A stretch of 64,000 nucleotides of DNA from Gammaproteobacteria bacterium (GCA_029882975.1 JAOUJW010000015.1:6450-70449), one strand, 5' to 3'. Shown: positions 1-12,266, counted from the first letter of the stretch. Notes: generated from the sequence alone by a model not told the origin. Numbers and translations: made by a program.

Positions 1-787
1 ACACCACATTGGCAGCTTCCACTGCCTGCAAAGCTTTAATAACGCTAAACTTCTCCAGTTTATCGTCGATTTTGGATTTACGCCGGACTCCGGCCGTATC
101 AATCAATGTGAATTTTTTTCCGTCCCGTTCAAAAGGAATAAAAATACTGTCGCGGGTGGTTCCCGGCATATCTAAGGCAAGAACACGATCTTCGCCCAAA
201 AGCCGATTGACAAGGGTCGATTTACCCACGTTGGGTTTGCCAACAATGGCAATGCGAATGCCCGCATCTTCATTCTCGCCCTCGAGATCGTCTTCATCGG
301 GAACATCTTGAAGGACGGCTTCGATCAAACTTGTTACGCCACCGCCATGAGACGCTGTAATACCGATGGGGTCTCCCAAGCCGAGTGCGTAGAATTCGGA
401 GACACTCACATCGGGATTCGTACCGTCAATTTTGTTTACCACCAATTGCACCCGTTTGTTAAAAGGGCGGAGTTGGGTGGCTATTTCATGATCCTGTGAA
501 CTCAATCCCTCCCGCGCGCTGACCAGAAACAGTACGGTGTCCGCTTCCTCTACTGCCTGCCAAACCTGGCCGGCCATTTTCACATCCAAATTCTGTTCGT
601 CGCCACTTAGACCGCCGGTATCAATCACAATGAACGGCTTGGAACCGAGGCGGCCTTCGCCGTATTTACGATCACGGGTCAAGCCAGGTTGATCCGCCAC
701 CAGGGCGTCTCGAGACCGGGTTAAGCAATTAAATAAAGTGGATTTGCCCACATTGGGGCGACCGACTAACGCAATGACGGGCTTCAT
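1..787 (-). CDS. der: GTPase Der (EngA), N-terminal part; gene continues beyond the window edge
   Basis: Minus-strand translation from 787 reads [20 protein letters not shown] (P-loop G1 motif). A second G-domain lies further down. Position next to bamB matches the conserved der-bamB synteny. Confidence 0.85.
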   Translation of the reverse strand, partial: MKPVIALVGRPNVGKSTLFNCLTRSRDALVADQPGLTRDRKYGEGRLGSKPFIVIDTGGLSGDEQNLDVKMAGQVWQAVEEADTVLFLVSAREGLSSQDHEIATQLRPFNKRVQLVVNKIDGTNPDVSVSEFYALGLGDPIGITASHGGGVTSLIEAVLQDVPDEDDLEGENEDAGIRIAIVGKPNVGKSTLVNRLLGEDRVLALDMPGTTRDSIFIPFERDGKKFTLIDTAGVRRKSKIDDKLEKFSVIKALQAVEAANVV

Positions 788-803
788 GAGTATTCAAACC
801 GTC

Positions 804-2063
804 TCAGGGATTTGTCTTGGTGGATTTTTCGGGGTTTTTGGGTGCTTTAGGTGTTTCTGTCAAAGCCTTAACGGTGGGTTCGATAATTTCAAAGGCCGCC
901 AAAGAACCGACGTTATCACGCACCAATACACGAGTACCGGCCACAACGGGTGTAGCACTAATGGCATAGTCCCAGTCTTCAATAGGCTCGCCATCGCCCC
1001 AATCCACAAACGCGCTAAGATAAACATCCTGCATATGCAAACGCGCTAAAAAATCTCCGTCTTCTTGGGATAACCAATGAATATTACCGGTCACATCCCC
1101 AACCACGACTGTCTTACCCAAAACTACCGGGGTTCCGGGGTCCCGGTCAGCGAGGTTTTCCTGACGCCATACGGTGGCCCCTGTATTGGTATCCAATGCC
1201 CAAACAATTCCCTGTGAGTCGCTCAGATAGAGCTTATCTCCGTGAACCGTAATTCCGGAATAGGATGACATGTCTCGAGACCAAATCACATTGCCGTCCC
1301 GCGCTGAGATAGCAGCCACCCGCCCCTGGTAAGATACTGCGTAAATGGTGTTACCCGACGCGTACATGCGCGCATCCACATCCACCATACGCTCAGTATC
1401 GGTGCGCCCGTGGGGTACGGCTAACGCCAGTTCCCACAAGCTTTTACCGCGGCTCAGGTCGTAGGCGATCAACTTACCATTATCAAAACCGGCGACAATT
1501 TTTCCGTCCAGCACCAAGGGAGTGGCTCCGCCTCGCAGACTCAGGGCTGGTACTGTTTGTTTCTCCGTCCAGATACGATGACCATCGTGTAGATTCAAAG
1601 CGATCAAGTACCCGGCAATAGATTGCAATAATACTTTATCCTGAGCGATCACCGGCTGTATTACAATTTCCGTATCCGCTTTGTGACGCCATTTTTCCCG
1701 GCCTGATGCAATATCCAGAGCTACCACCGTGGAATCGTCCTGGACCAGCACTAATGTTTGTTGACCCAAGCCAGGACCGGCAATAATGCGATCACCGGAC
1801 AAACGTACCTGCCACTTGATTTTACCATTGAGCAATTGCAGAGCTGCCACGTAACCTGACTCATTGGCGACGTAGACGATGCCGTCAGCACTGACCATCG
1901 GCAATTGACGAAATTCTCGGTAATGCTTGTCTCCGCTTTGTGACACCCATTGCGTTGCCAGTTGAATTTTCGGCGTGACCGCCTGCAGTTCTTTGAGTTC
2001 TTTATAGGATGTTGAGCAGGCGCCAATCAACAACGGCAACACGGCAAATACCAGCTTTTTCAT
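804..2063 (-). CDS. bamB: Outer membrane protein assembly factor BamB (PQQ-repeat beta-propeller lipoprotein)
   Basis: 419 aa. Lipoprotein signal MKKLVFAVLPLLIGACS. Repeated 'G.VYA/LD..TG' PQQ-like blades. Sits between der and yfgM. Confidence 0.9.
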   Translation of the reverse strand: MKKLVFAVLPLLIGACSTSYKELKELQAVTPKIQLATQWVSQSGDKHYREFRQLPMVSADGIVYVANESGYVAALQLLNGKIKWQVRLSGDRIIAGPGLGQQTLVLVQDDSTVVALDIASGREKWRHKADTEIVIQPVIAQDKVLLQSIAGYLIALNLHDGHRIWTEKQTVPALSLRGGATPLVLDGKIVAGFDNGKLIAYDLSRGKSLWELALAVPHGRTDTERMVDVDARMYASGNTIYAVSYQGRVAAISARDGNVIWSRDMSSYSGITVHGDKLYLSDSQGIVWALDTNTGATVWRQENLADRDPGTPVVLGKTVVVGDVTGNIHWLSQEDGDFLARLHMQDVYLSAFVDWGDGEPIEDWDYAISATPVVAGTRVLVRDNVGSLAAFEIIEPTVKALTETPKAPKNPEKSTKTNP

Positions 2064-2065
2064 TA

Positions 2066-2722
2066 TCAGGACTCTTTCGCAACGGAGAGGTCTGCAGGCT
2101 TACCTAAATCATCCAGCTTCATTTCAATAAAGTTACGCGCGCGTGAGTCAGGTTCCAGTTTTTGCAAAGCCATGGCATAAGCGCTTCGTGCCTGATCGAT
2201 TTCACCTTTAGCAACATAAATGTCGCCTTTGACTTCTTCATAGGCTGCAGCAAAGCCACCTTTTTGTACGCTGTCCTGCAAGCTCAGAGCCTCATCGGCG
2301 TTACCTTCAGCCAGCAACACCCGCATTAAACGCAATCGCGCCACATGCTGGAGATCTACATCATCCGTATTGGAAATAGCCCAGTTCAAATGAGTTTTGG
2401 CTGCGACCAAATCCTGCTGTTCCACTTTGATTTTAGCCATTAGTAGAGCGGCAAAGGGGGCATAGGCCGTATCTGCATATTGCCCTAATAACGAGGCACC
2501 CAATTCTTCCGCTTTGGTAAAATTGGATTTTCCAACCTCTTGCGACATCAGTTCGTATTCAGCGGAAGCCACTTCTATATGGGAGTAGTGGGATTTGAGC
2601 CACGCCTGACCACCTAACAACACACCTATTCCCAACAGAACACCGCCAATAACGGATTTGCCGTTGTCCTTCCACCATTTTTTAAGGGCTTCGACCTGTT
2701 GCTCTTCTGTTTCGTAGTTCAT
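2066..2722 (-). CDS. yfgM: YfgM-like membrane-anchored TPR protein (UPF0070)
   Basis: N-terminus MNYETEEQQVEALKKWWKDNGK followed by one TM segment, like E. coli YfgM. The track ORF starts at 2755, but alignment to YfgM favours the ATG at 2722. Located between hisS and bamB. Confidence 0.75.
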   Translation of the reverse strand: MNYETEEQQVEALKKWWKDNGKSVIGGVLLGIGVLLGGQAWLKSHYSHIEVASAEYELMSQEVGKSNFTKAEELGASLLGQYADTAYAPFAALLMAKIKVEQQDLVAAKTHLNWAISNTDDVDLQHVARLRLMRVLLAEGNADEALSLQDSVQKGGFAAAYEEVKGDIYVAKGEIDQARSAYAMALQKLEPDSRARNFIEMKLDDLGKPADLSVAKES

Positions 2723-2791
2723 GATACCTGACCTGCGGTCTCCAATGGTTAACATTCAGTGGCGCCTAGCGCGCGCCAGCCCGACACTTTA

Positions 2792-4069
2792 CTAAACTCG
2801 GCCTGACTTGGACAGCACTTGGGCCAGAATTTCCTGTAACTTTTGCAGCGGAACCGTCTCTTGTTCCCGGTTATCCCGTAAGTACTTAATACTTATTGAA
2901 TTATTTTGCAACTCCGCTTCCCCCAGAATCAATGCCAGTGCAGCACCGGACTTGTCCGCTTTCTTGAACTGAGCTTTCATTCCACCGCCGCCACAATGAT
3001 TCACCAGACGCAGCTCGGGTAGCTCATCGCGTAAGCGCTCCGCCAATTGCATCGCCGCAATTTGTGCGTCCCCTAGCCCAATCAGGTAGACATGGGGTAA
3101 ATGCTGGGGTTGCAGGTGATCCTTGACCAACTCAAACAAACGCTCCATACCAATAGCAAAACCGGCAGCTGGGCTGGGCTTACCGCCCAACTGTTCCACC
3201 AAACCATCAAAGCGACCGCCTGCACAAACTGCGCTCTGGGCTCCCAGACGGTCAGTAATCCACTCAAAGACGGTTTTGGTATAGTAATCCAAGCCTCGCA
3301 CCAGGCAGGGATTGATAACATAATCCACACCAGCAGCATCCAACATGGCTTGCAATGCCTGAAAGTGCTCCCTGGATTCTGAGTCCAAATATTCCTCCAG
3401 TTTAGGTGCATCCTGCACCAGGGCATACAGGTCCGGATTTTTGCTATCCAGGATGCGCATCGGATTGCTGTGTAAGCGCCGCGTACTGTCTTCATCCAAC
3501 TGCTCTTTATGAGCACTAAAATATTCCACCAATTGTTCCCGGTATTGTACCCGGCACTGAGGCGTGCCTAAGGAATTGATTTGTAATTGCAGCCCCTGTA
3601 GACCCAGGGCTCGCCACAAGCGGGCGCTCAACAAAATCAATTCGGCATCCATATCCGGACCTTGGAACCCAAAGGTCTCAACGCCGATTTGGTGAAATTG
3701 ACGATAACGACCTTTCTGGGGTCGTTCATGACGAAACATAGGACCCATATACCACAAGCGTTGAGTCTGATTGTATAACAAGCCATTTTCGATCCCGGCA
3801 CGCACGCAACCGGCGGTGCCTTCCGGACGCAGGGTGAGCCAATCACCATTGCGGTCCTCGAAACTGTACATTTCTTTTTCGACAATATCGGTCACTTCAC
3901 CAATGGAGCGCTTAAACAGTTCAGTTTTCTCCACGATGGGCATGCGAATTTCGCTGTAACCGTATTGCGTCATCAAGCGCCTTGTTTGCGCTTCCAGAGC
4001 TTGCCAATAGGGTGTTTCATCCGGTGAAAAATCTTTCATTCCCCGAATGGCTTGAATTGATTTTGACAC
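2792..4069 (-). CDS. hisS: Histidine--tRNA ligase
   Basis: 425 aa. Class II aaRS motifs (..[16 protein letters not shown].., GGRFDGL). Conserved synteny. Confidence 0.95.
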   Translation of the reverse strand: MSKSIQAIRGMKDFSPDETPYWQALEAQTRRLMTQYGYSEIRMPIVEKTELFKRSIGEVTDIVEKEMYSFEDRNGDWLTLRPEGTAGCVRAGIENGLLYNQTQRLWYMGPMFRHERPQKGRYRQFHQIGVETFGFQGPDMDAELILLSARLWRALGLQGLQLQINSLGTPQCRVQYREQLVEYFSAHKEQLDEDSTRRLHSNPMRILDSKNPDLYALVQDAPKLEEYLDSESREHFQALQAMLDAAGVDYVINPCLVRGLDYYTKTVFEWITDRLGAQSAVCAGGRFDGLVEQLGGKPSPAAGFAIGMERLFELVKDHLQPQHLPHVYLIGLGDAQIAAMQLAERLRDELPELRLVNHCGGGGMKAQFKKADKSGAALALILGEAELQNNSISIKYLRDNREQETVPLQKLQEILAQVLSKSGRV

Positions 4070-4181
4070 GAAAAAATCCCCGATTTTTTATTATCGCGTG
4101 AAATGCTGTTGTATTGGACGGATAAGTGCCGGCTTGGTTCCAGCCCATATCTCGAAGCAGCTGTCCGCGATTCGCCTCTAA

Positions 4182-5315
4182 CTAGCCCACGTGGTTCAGG
4201 TTAACTTGCACAACCTCGTCGGTTCCCGCAGCGTTATCTTGCTGCTCCCGGATTTGCCGGCGAATGGCTTTTTCCAATTCGTCCACGAGTTGCTCATCCG
4301 TGACTTTATGGTGCGGTTTGCCGCCCATGTACAGCAGATTGGGCTCCCCCCCGGTTAAACCCACATGGGCTTCTTTCGCCTCTCCCGGTCCATTAACCAC
4401 GCAGCCGATCACGGCTACATCCAAGGGTACCAAAATATCTTCCAAACGTTCTTCCAATGCATTGACGGTAGCAATCACATCGAACTTTTGCCGCGAACAG
4501 GAAGGACAGGCAATGAGGTTAATCCCTTTTCGGCGAATGTGCAGGCTTTTCAAAATATCAAAGCCCACTTTGATTTCCTCAACCGGATCAGCTGCCAGCG
4601 AGACGCGAATGGTATCGCCAATACCCTCGGCCAGCAACATACCCAGACCAATGGCGGATTTTACCGCACCGGAGCGAATGCTGCCGGCTTCCGTAATACC
4701 CAGGTGCAAAGGTTGCTCGATTTGTGTCGCCAGCTCTCGGTAGGCCATTACGGTCATAAACACATCGGATGCTTTCAGGCTGATTTTAAAGTCTGGAAAA
4801 TCCAGCTTATCTAAAATATCAATATGTCTTTTCGCGGATTCTACCAGGGCTTGTGGCGTGGGTTCGCCGTATTTTTTCTGTAAATCCTTTTCCAAGGATC
4901 CCGCATTAACACCAATGCGAATGGGAATGTTGCCATCCCGTGCCGCCGACACCACGGCGCGCACCCGATCTTCGCGTCCAATGTTACCGGGATTGATACG
5001 CAAACAATCCACACCCAATTGAGCAACCCGCAAGGCAATTTTGTAATCAAAATGAATGTCTGCCACTAAGGGCACGGCTACCTGCCGGCGAATTTTTCCA
5101 AAGGCTTCCGCCGCATCCATACTGGGTACAGAGACTCGAACAATATCCGCTCCCACCTGTTCCAGGGCACGTATCTGTGCCACAGTGGCATCCACATCGC
5201 AAGTTTCCGTATTGGTCATACTCTGCACTGCGATAGGTGCTCCACCCCCTATGGGAACATTCCCCACCATTATGCGTCGAGAGGCTCGACGCTTAATCGT
5301 ATAACTAAGCTGCAT
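4182..5315 (-). CDS. ispG: 4-hydroxy-3-methylbut-2-en-1-yl diphosphate synthase (flavodoxin)
   Basis: 377 aa. N-terminus [34 protein letters not shown]-terminal Fe-S Cys (CPSCSR). Confidence 0.95.
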   Translation of the reverse strand: MQLSYTIKRRASRRIMVGNVPIGGGAPIAVQSMTNTETCDVDATVAQIRALEQVGADIVRVSVPSMDAAEAFGKIRRQVAVPLVADIHFDYKIALRVAQLGVDCLRINPGNIGREDRVRAVVSAARDGNIPIRIGVNAGSLEKDLQKKYGEPTPQALVESAKRHIDILDKLDFPDFKISLKASDVFMTVMAYRELATQIEQPLHLGITEAGSIRSGAVKSAIGLGMLLAEGIGDTIRVSLAADPVEEIKVGFDILKSLHIRRKGINLIACPSCSRQKFDVIATVNALEERLEDILVPLDVAVIGCVVNGPGEAKEAHVGLTGGEPNLLYMGGKPHHKVTDEQLVDELEKAIRRQIREQQDNAAGTDEVVQVNLNHVG

Positions 5316-5360
5316 AAAACTCTAAGACCTTATGTATTAAATTCTTGTTTTGTCCAACGA

Positions 5361-6323
5361 CTATGGAGCCTTTAAAGTAAACCTGGCCACATCCTCTTTT
5401 CCCTGGTACTTGGAGAAATCATAGACTTCTCCGTTGTATTTTATTTCAACAGCGGGGCCGTTACCCAAAATCACATCAAACGGTGCTACGCCACTCAGCT
5501 CTTTGGTAGCCCCAGCTAACCCCAAGCTTTTCATTAAGGGCTTGCCGGTCGCATCCATGATTTGCACCCAGGAATTGGCACTGAATTTTAAGGACAGATT
5601 CGTCTTCAAATCTTCCGTAGTTTCCAAAGGCGCGATAAAACCGGTATCGGTACGCTCACGCTTTTCCAATGTCAAGGGTTTAGTCACTTGTTGGGGCTTT
5701 TCTTCAGAACCCTGTAACCGGGACAGTGTATCTGCATCGATAGGAGCAACATCGTTGCTCAACACTTCCAGATTCGTGGACTGAATATTTTTTTCCACTG
5801 CGTCATCCAGACGGGTCTGCAGCTCGGGTACCGGAACATCGTCTGAATAATACAGAGAAAACCAACTCATGGTCACCAATACCGCCAAAGCACCGGTGAT
5901 AGCCCCATAGCGCTTTAGCAGCGCTAAATTAGAATGGGCAAACAAGGTAAAACCTTTGGGCAAAGACTCGGTGACCTTTTGCAACCTGGAATGCACCGTT
6001 GCCTGTCGATAAATCGGCACTTCGGCTCCGCTGGTCTCATGCGACTGTAAATAATCCGAGGCAACAGAGTCCGGCGACAGCTCCACCAGCTTGGCGTAGG
6101 CACGCAAATATCCCACGGTGTACACCGGCTGAGGCAAAACATCCGCATCATCTTGCTCAATGGCAGCTATGGTTTTTACATCCAGCTTCAACCATCGGGC
6201 AATATCAGCCCGTTCAATATTGCGATCTTCTCGAGCTCGTTGCAGACGTGCCCCCACGGCGGGAGTGCGAGCGTAAACTTCAACCGTTTCTTCAACTTCA
6301 GCTTCAGCTGTTTCATCGCTCAT
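5361..6323 (-). CDS. rodZ: Cytoskeleton protein RodZ (HTH plus membrane anchor)
   Basis: 320 aa. N-terminal XRE-type HTH (ARLQRAREDRNIERADIARWLKLDVKTIAAIE), then a single TM. Sits between pilF and ispG as in Pseudomonas. Confidence 0.8.
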   Translation of the reverse strand: MSDETAEAEVEETVEVYARTPAVGARLQRAREDRNIERADIARWLKLDVKTIAAIEQDDADVLPQPVYTVGYLRAYAKLVELSPDSVASDYLQSHETSGAEVPIYRQATVHSRLQKVTESLPKGFTLFAHSNLALLKRYGAITGALAVLVTMSWFSLYYSDDVPVPELQTRLDDAVEKNIQSTNLEVLSNDVAPIDADTLSRLQGSEEKPQQVTKPLTLEKRERTDTGFIAPLETTEDLKTNLSLKFSANSWVQIMDATGKPLMKSLGLAGATKELSGVAPFDVILGNGPAVEIKYNGEVYDFSKYQGKEDVARFTLKAP

Positions 6324-7090
6324 GGCGTTGTATCTCCTTGCGATGTTTCATTTAACCATTGATTAAATTCTCGGGACTTTGGAAAGCCGGCACGCAATGA
6401 TGAGGCATAACGCTGTTCCGCCTTTGCATCTCCCAGTTTACGCTCCGCCTGAATTCCCAACAACAGACTTTGCGGATTGGGCTGCGATACCGCTTCAAAC
6501 CGTTGCAAATAAGCCCGAACTGACAAATACCGCTGTTTAGAAAACATGATATTCGCCATACCTAACAATGACTTAGGAAGCTCTGCGTTAATTTGCAAAG
6601 CTTTGCGAAAATACTCTTCCGCTTTTTTCAAATCCGGAACCTGAGCGGCGCATATTCCAGCATTTTCATACACTTGCTCACGAATATCATTTCTGCGGAA
6701 CTCCAATGCTTTTTTAAAATAATATTCCGCATCCTCGAAGTTTCCCTGTCGACACAAGAAGCCTCCGTAATTATTGTAGACGTCTACTTTTTCCGGTTGA
6801 AGTGATACGGCGGAAGTATAATGATCTTCCGCTTCGTCATATTTATACAGGCGGTCGTACACCACTGCTAAAACGGTGTGTACATCACCGTAGTCGCTTT
6901 TCGCCCGTAATGCCTTGAGCAAAACGCGCAAAGCATCATCCAGACGATTTTGCTCCAAATAACCCATGCCGAGTTTTAAATTGACATCGGCGATTTTAAA
7001 TTCTTTCGTTTCTTTAGGGTCCATCACTGAGCACGCAGCCAGCGTCAACACCAGAGAAAGCATAATAAGCCAGGCAAGAGGATTAACCAC
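6320..7090 (-). CDS. pilF: Type IV pilus biogenesis/stability TPR lipoprotein PilF (PilW)
   Basis: 256 aa. Lipobox LAACS. Multiple TPR repeats. Overlaps the rodZ start by 4 bp. Synteny rlmN-pilF-rodZ. Confidence 0.75.
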   Translation of the reverse strand: MVNPLAWLIMLSLVLTLAACSVMDPKETKEFKIADVNLKLGMGYLEQNRLDDALRVLLKALRAKSDYGDVHTVLAVVYDRLYKYDEAEDHYTSAVSLQPEKVDVYNNYGGFLCRQGNFEDAEYYFKKALEFRRNDIREQVYENAGICAAQVPDLKKAEEYFRKALQINAELPKSLLGMANIMFSKQRYLSVRAYLQRFEAVSQPNPQSLLLGIQAERKLGDAKAEQRYASSLRAGFPKSREFNQWLNETSQGDTTP

Positions 7091-8185
7091 CTAACCGGCC
7101 TCCCGTACCATCACCTCGTTGCGTGTGGTTCGTTTAGTCTTGTCCTCGACACGTCCCACTAACTGACCACAAGCGGCATCAATATCGTCACCTCGGGTTT
7201 TTCGCGTAACAGTATTCAACCCACCTTGCACCAGTTTTTCCTGAAACGCCCGAATTACCGCTGCGCTGGAACGTTCATAATGCGACTGGGGAAAGGGATT
7301 AAACGGTATCAAATTGACTTTCACCGGACGCCCGCGTAGTAAGCGAATCAACTCCTCAGCATGATGCATTTGATCATTTACACCTTTCAACATGACGTAT
7401 TCAATTGTAATTAAGCGGCTGCGCTCATAATTCACATAGTGTTCGCTGGCCTCCAGCACCTCGGCAATCGGGTACTTACGGTTCAGTGGCACCAGTTCGT
7501 TGCGCAACTCATCATTAGGGGCATGCAGGGACAGGGCCAAACTAATATCCGTCACTTTCGCCAAACGGTACAGCGCCGGTACTACACCGGCAGTACTCAA
7601 TGTGACCCGACGCTTGGACAACCCATAGGCGAAATCATCCATCATCAAGTCCGTGGCTTTGACCACATTGTCGAAATTGAGCAACGGTTCACCCATCCCC
7701 ATAAGCACTACATTGGAAATGACACGTTGATCCTTGGTATACCCCAGTGCTTTATTGGCTACCCAAAGTTGGCCAATAATCTCGTGAACACTGAGATTGC
7801 GATTAAAACCTTGCCGTGCGGTGGAACAAAAAGAACACTCCAACGCGCAACCGATTTGAGAGGACACGCACAGGGTTCCACGGCCACTTTCGGGAATGAA
7901 CACCATTTCCACGTGATTACCGCTGTCCATTTTCAGCACCCACTTGCGGCTGCCGTCTTCAGATTGGACATCCAAAACCACCTCAGGTGCCCTAACTTCG
8001 GCAATTTCCTGCAGTTGAGCTCGCAGCTTTTTACTGAGATTGCTCATAGCATCAAAATCGGACACACCCAATTGGTGTACCCATTTGAGGACCTGATTGG
8101 TCCGAAAGGTCTTTTCACCCAGCTGAGTGAAAAACTGGTCCAACTCCTTACGGGGAAAATCCAACAGATTAATTTTAGTGCTCAT
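7091..8185 (-). CDS. rlmN: 23S rRNA/tRNA (adenine2503-C2)-methyltransferase RlmN (radical SAM)
   Basis: CxxxCxxC radical-SAM motif ([15 protein letters not shown]). The start at 8185 (MSTKINLL..) was chosen by alignment to RlmN. An alternative ATG lies at 8203. Confidence 0.9.
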   Translation of the reverse strand: MSTKINLLDFPRKELDQFFTQLGEKTFRTNQVLKWVHQLGVSDFDAMSNLSKKLRAQLQEIAEVRAPEVVLDVQSEDGSRKWVLKMDSGNHVEMVFIPESGRGTLCVSSQIGCALECSFCSTARQGFNRNLSVHEIIGQLWVANKALGYTKDQRVISNVVLMGMGEPLLNFDNVVKATDLMMDDFAYGLSKRRVTLSTAGVVPALYRLAKVTDISLALSLHAPNDELRNELVPLNRKYPIAEVLEASEHYVNYERSRLITIEYVMLKGVNDQMHHAEELIRLLRGRPVKVNLIPFNPFPQSHYERSSAAVIRAFQEKLVQGGLNTVTRKTRGDDIDAACGQLVGRVEDKTKRTTRNEVMVREAG

Positions 8186-8204
8186 GTAGCAATTCCCCTG
8201 CAAA

Positions 8205-8636
8205 TCAGCGGGTGCGCTCGCACAATTCCTGAGGTGTAAACATAAACGCTATTTCAGCTTTGGCGGTATCCGGCCCGTCAGAACCGTGAACAGCGTTTTC
8301 ATCTATGGTACTGGCAAAATCAGCGCGAATGGTTCCCGCTGCCGCGTCGGCAGGATTGGTTGCACCCATGATTTCCCGATTCTTGCTGATGGCATTCTCC
8401 CCTTCCAGCACCTGAACCATTACTGGGCCGGAGGTCATAAACTCAACCAGATCCTTGAAAAAAGGGCGCTCTTTGTGAACAGCATAAAACCCCTCAGCCT
8501 GCTCTTTAGACATGTGAATCATCTTAGAGGCGACGATACGCAAACCCGCAGACTCAAAACGGTCGTAGATTTTGCCAATCACATTTTTAGCAACCGCATC
8601 AGGTTTGATTATAGAAAAGGTTCTTTCAATAGCCAT
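8205..8636 (-). CDS. ndk: Nucleoside diphosphate kinase
   Basis: 143 aa. [15 protein letters not shown]... Active-site NIIHGSD-like motif (AVHGSD). Confidence 0.95.
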   Translation of the reverse strand: MAIERTFSIIKPDAVAKNVIGKIYDRFESAGLRIVASKMIHMSKEQAEGFYAVHKERPFFKDLVEFMTSGPVMVQVLEGENAISKNREIMGATNPADAAAGTIRADFASTIDENAVHGSDGPDTAKAEIAFMFTPQELCERTR

Positions 8637-8783
8637 TCAACAACTCCAACAATTTCAAAGGGTTCGCCGGCCTCATTCCGAGCCCGGAATCAAACCGTTT
8701 TATTCAGTGATTAACATTTAATTATACACTGAATTAATTGTTGGATGGGGAGGTTTTTTGCCCTTGCTGATGGACCTTAACGC

Positions 8784-9623
8784 TTAAATCATCAGGGCGT
8801 CGTGCACTTCTTGGATATTCTCTCCCTCAGACATATCAACCACACTAACGCTGGTATCCAAACCCAGCTTTGCAAAGGCCGGGACCGTCTCCCAGTCGAC
8901 CTTAGCCAATTCATGGTCTTTGTCCACATAGCTCTGTAGATTCGCAACAATTACCAAATCCAGAAAATCCGCAGCCCCATCATGCCGGCGTAGTACATTT
9001 TCATGGTGAGCTGCCACATCGACAAACATCTCCGGAAACTCCCATTTTTTCAGCATTGCCTCACCAATAGCGGTGTGGGTATTGCGAATAACCCTGTCCA
9101 GCAAGGCGTTATCATTGAGCAACTCGGGTACATCCTCGGCTCGTTTGATAATGGGCAACATACCAATATCATGCATCAACCCGGCAAGTAAGGCTTGATC
9201 CGGTTTCAGCTTGGCAAAGCCTGACAATGCATGGGAGATGGCCGCCACTTGAGCGCTATGATCCCAAAATTCGCGAAACTTGGTATCGGAAACCTCCGTG
9301 GTTGGCTGAAACATTTGCTGAACTATCAAGCTGTTAGCCAAATTAGTCACCATGGAATTGCCCATGCGGGTCACCGCCGATTCCACCGTTTCTATACGTG
9401 TGCTGCCGCGTATCAATGGGCTGTTGGCCACCTGAATCAACCGGGCAGTCAAACCGGCATCCGTTTGAATGACCTCGGCAATACGCTGGGTGCTCACATC
9501 CGGATCTTCCAGTACCTCTCTGATTTTCAAGGCCACTTCCGGAAGACTGGGCAGCACCATTTGATCTGAGTGCAACTCGTCCAACAATTCCTTTGTAATT
9601 TGCTCTTCCATGTTTGAGCTCAT
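8784..9623 (-). CDS. HDOD domain-containing signalling protein
   Basis: 279 aa. LPSLPEVALKI..L..P.....LA..I..D..L..R.L..ANS is a typical HDOD N-terminal region, followed by an HD-like LAGLMHDIG motif. Confidence 0.8.
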   Translation of the reverse strand: MSSNMEEQITKELLDELHSDQMVLPSLPEVALKIREVLEDPDVSTQRIAEVIQTDAGLTARLIQVANSPLIRGSTRIETVESAVTRMGNSMVTNLANSLIVQQMFQPTTEVSDTKFREFWDHSAQVAAISHALSGFAKLKPDQALLAGLMHDIGMLPIIKRAEDVPELLNDNALLDRVIRNTHTAIGEAMLKKWEFPEMFVDVAAHHENVLRRHDGAADFLDLVIVANLQSYVDKDHELAKVDWETVPAFAKLGLDTSVSVVDMSEGENIQEVHDALMI

Positions 9624-9754
9624 CGATCCACCTCTTATGTTCCCTGAGAAAAAACCACGGTTAATTCAAGCGAGGATCATGCCAAGGCGGGGACTTGTAT
9701 CGCAGACAGGTTTGCAATGCGGGCTGGGAAAAGACTAATGGTGGGTGATTTACT

Positions 9755-9955
9755 TCAATCCCGCTCTTCAATCCAATTCATTTGGATCGCCTCCAGGATT
9801 TTCTCGCCACAGTGTTCTGCGTCATCATTGAAATCGTCCAGTGCCAAAACCCAGGCCATAAGGTCGGTAAACCGAATATTGCGCGGGTCCACATCAGGAT
9901 GCGCTTCATCCAGGGCTATTGCGATTTCCAGGGAATCGGTCCATTTCAGTTCCAT
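9755..9955 (-). CDS. iscX: Fe-S cluster assembly protein IscX (YfhJ)
   Basis: 66 aa, acidic (MELKWTDSLEIAIALDEAHPDVDP...). Located immediately after fdx. Confidence 0.85.
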   Translation of the reverse strand: MELKWTDSLEIAIALDEAHPDVDPRNIRFTDLMAWVLALDDFNDDAEHCGEKILEAIQMNWIEERD

Positions 9956-9971
9956 TGTGTTTTCCCGAAGG

Positions 9972-10310
9972 CTAGTGGTTTTCAGAAACCATATTTATAG
10001 TGTATTTGGGAATCTCCACAATTAAATCCTGATCCCCAACCTTCGCTTGGCAACTCAAGCGCGACTCCGGCTCCAGTCCCCAAGCCTTATCCAAAAGATC
10101 TTCTTCTTCTTCCTCGGCCTCATCGAGACTACTAAAGCCTTCACGAATAATAACGTGACAGGTAGTACAAGCGCAGGATTTTTCACAGGCATGCTCAATC
10201 TCAATACCGTTTTTCTGTGCCGCATCGCAAATAGTGGTCCCGGGTTCGGCCTCTATAACAGCGCCGTCCGGACAAATTTCTTCATGGGGTAAAAATATTA
10301 TTTGGGTCAT
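9972..10310 (-). CDS. fdx: [2Fe-2S] ferredoxin of the isc operon
   Basis: 112 aa. Cys ligands C..C..C...C (CEKSCACTTCH). Confidence 0.9.
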   Translation of the reverse strand: MTQIIFLPHEEICPDGAVIEAEPGTTICDAAQKNGIEIEHACEKSCACTTCHVIIREGFSSLDEAEEEEEDLLDKAWGLEPESRLSCQAKVGDQDLIVEIPKYTINMVSENH

Positions 10311-10312
10311 GC

Positions 10313-12199
10313 CTATTCAAAATCTCCAACTTTATGCCCGGCCATGGCTTTCTTGATGCCGGCATCCATACGCCTGGCGGCAAATTCCACCGAATCGTTG
10401 TTTAATTGATCCACGGCCTGTTTGATCTCTCTATGATTTTCGCTACGGTTTAACAGCTGTTGTAAATTATCCATACCGTGTTGCAACTGTTCGATCTCCT
10501 GCGGCGACAACAGTTGCTCACCGTCTTCCTTTAAAGCTTGCACCAAAGCCTCCAACACTCGCTGTGCTTCAACCCTCTGTTCATTAAGATTGCGAGCGGC
10601 CACGTCTTCGCTGGCATGAGCCATGGCCTCACGCAGCATGGTTTCTATTTCCGTATCCGTTAAGCCGTATGAAGGTTTGACTTGTACGTTGGATTCAATC
10701 CCCTGGGTTTGTTCTCGGGCGCTGACAGATAACAAACCGTCCGCATCCACCTGGAATGTCACACGAATTCGGGCCGCACCGGCAACCATGGGAGGAATGC
10801 CTCTGAGCTCAAATTTTGCCAGAGAGCGACAATCACTCACCAACTCGCGCTCACCCTGTACCACATGAATGGACATGGCCGTCTGACCGTCTTTAAAAGT
10901 AGTAAAGTCCTGCGCCTTGGAAACAGGAATAGTGGTGTTTCTTTGAATCACTTTCTCCGTTAAACCACCCATGGTCTCTATACCCAAAGACAGAGGGATC
11001 ACATCCAGCAATAATAATTGATCATCCGGTTTGTTACCGGCCAAAATATCCGCCTGAATCGCTGCACCCAAGGCGACCACTTTGTCAGGATCAAGATCCA
11101 CCAGCGGTTCACACTCGAAAAACTCACCCACTTGGCTGCGAACATAGGGAACTCGCGTGGAGCCTCCCACCATCACCACATCCTGCACCTCGTGCACCTC
11201 AATACCCGCATCACGCAAAGCCCGGCGACAAGACAAGAGGGTACGCTTAACAACAGGGTCAATAAGGCGGTTAAACTCCTCCCGAGTTAGTCGCTCACTC
11301 CACTGGATACCGCCCGGTAGATTCAACTGGATGGGCACTTGCTCCGCCTGACTCAGCTGTTCCTTGACTCGGCAGGCTTCGTGGCGCAGGGCACGCTTAA
11401 AAGTGGCTGATTCTTGAGTACTTACATCGATCTGGACAGCGGCCCTGGACACCATCCAGTCCATAATCAGTTTGTCCATATCGTCACCGCCCAGCGCCGT
11501 ATCGCCGGCCGTGGACATAACCTCAAATACACCCCGATGCAGACGCAGGATAGATACATCAAAAGTTCCCCCGCCCAAATCGTAGATCACATGTACGCCT
11601 TCGGCCTGCTGATCCAACCCATAAGCCACTGCCGCTGCCGTGGGCTCATTTAATAGACGGAAAACATGCAAACCGGCCAGTGTAGCCGCATCTTTAGTTG
11701 CCTGGCGCTGAGCATCATCAAAATAAGCCGGCACAGTAATGACACAGCCGGTCAACTCACCGCCCAGAGCCTGCTCTGCACGCCCTCGCAAATGGGCAAG
11801 GATGTCAGCGGAAACCTCTACCGCGCTTTTGTCTCCGGCAGCGGTACGAATTTTGGGTACGGCGGATTCGGTTTTCACGTACTCGGCAATCTTCGCGGCA
11901 TCTGCCATGACATCATCATAACCACGCCCCATAATCCGCTTGACGGACAATATGGTGTTCTGTGGATCCTCAATCATAGCCGCGCGTGCCTCACTACCCA
12001 CATCACAACTGCCGTTATCTTTATAACGTACCACTGAAGGCAGCAGGTGCATTCCCTGGGCATCGGCGATGGTTTCCGCCAAACCGCTGCGTACAGTTGC
12101 CACCAGGGAATTAGTGGTTCCTAAATCGATACCCACCGCCAGCCGATGTTGATGTGGGGCAGTAGACTGCCCGGGTTCACTGATTTGTATTAAAGCCAT
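10313..12199 (-). CDS. hscA: Fe-S protein assembly chaperone HscA (Hsp70 family)
   Basis: 628 aa. Hsp70 signatures GIDLGTTNS and DLGGGTFD. Confidence 0.95.
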   Translation of the reverse strand: MALIQISEPGQSTAPHQHRLAVGIDLGTTNSLVATVRSGLAETIADAQGMHLLPSVVRYKDNGSCDVGSEARAAMIEDPQNTILSVKRIMGRGYDDVMADAAKIAEYVKTESAVPKIRTAAGDKSAVEVSADILAHLRGRAEQALGGELTGCVITVPAYFDDAQRQATKDAATLAGLHVFRLLNEPTAAAVAYGLDQQAEGVHVIYDLGGGTFDVSILRLHRGVFEVMSTAGDTALGGDDMDKLIMDWMVSRAAVQIDVSTQESATFKRALRHEACRVKEQLSQAEQVPIQLNLPGGIQWSERLTREEFNRLIDPVVKRTLLSCRRALRDAGIEVHEVQDVVMVGGSTRVPYVRSQVGEFFECEPLVDLDPDKVVALGAAIQADILAGNKPDDQLLLLDVIPLSLGIETMGGLTEKVIQRNTTIPVSKAQDFTTFKDGQTAMSIHVVQGERELVSDCRSLAKFELRGIPPMVAGAARIRVTFQVDADGLLSVSAREQTQGIESNVQVKPSYGLTDTEIETMLREAMAHASEDVAARNLNEQRVEAQRVLEALVQALKEDGEQLLSPQEIEQLQHGMDNLQQLLNRSENHREIKQAVDQLNNDSVEFAARRMDAGIKKAMAGHKVGDFE

Positions 12200-12266
12200 A
12201 ATCCGTATTATCTGGAACCTGGGGTAGGTTCTTGTCTATTTTAATCCAGCTGCCGGGAGAAGTAAG

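Noticed and set aside
3082-5304. Assorted 60-160-aa ORFs inside hisS and ispG on either strand
   Set aside because: They lie entirely within high-confidence genes and are shadow ORFs.
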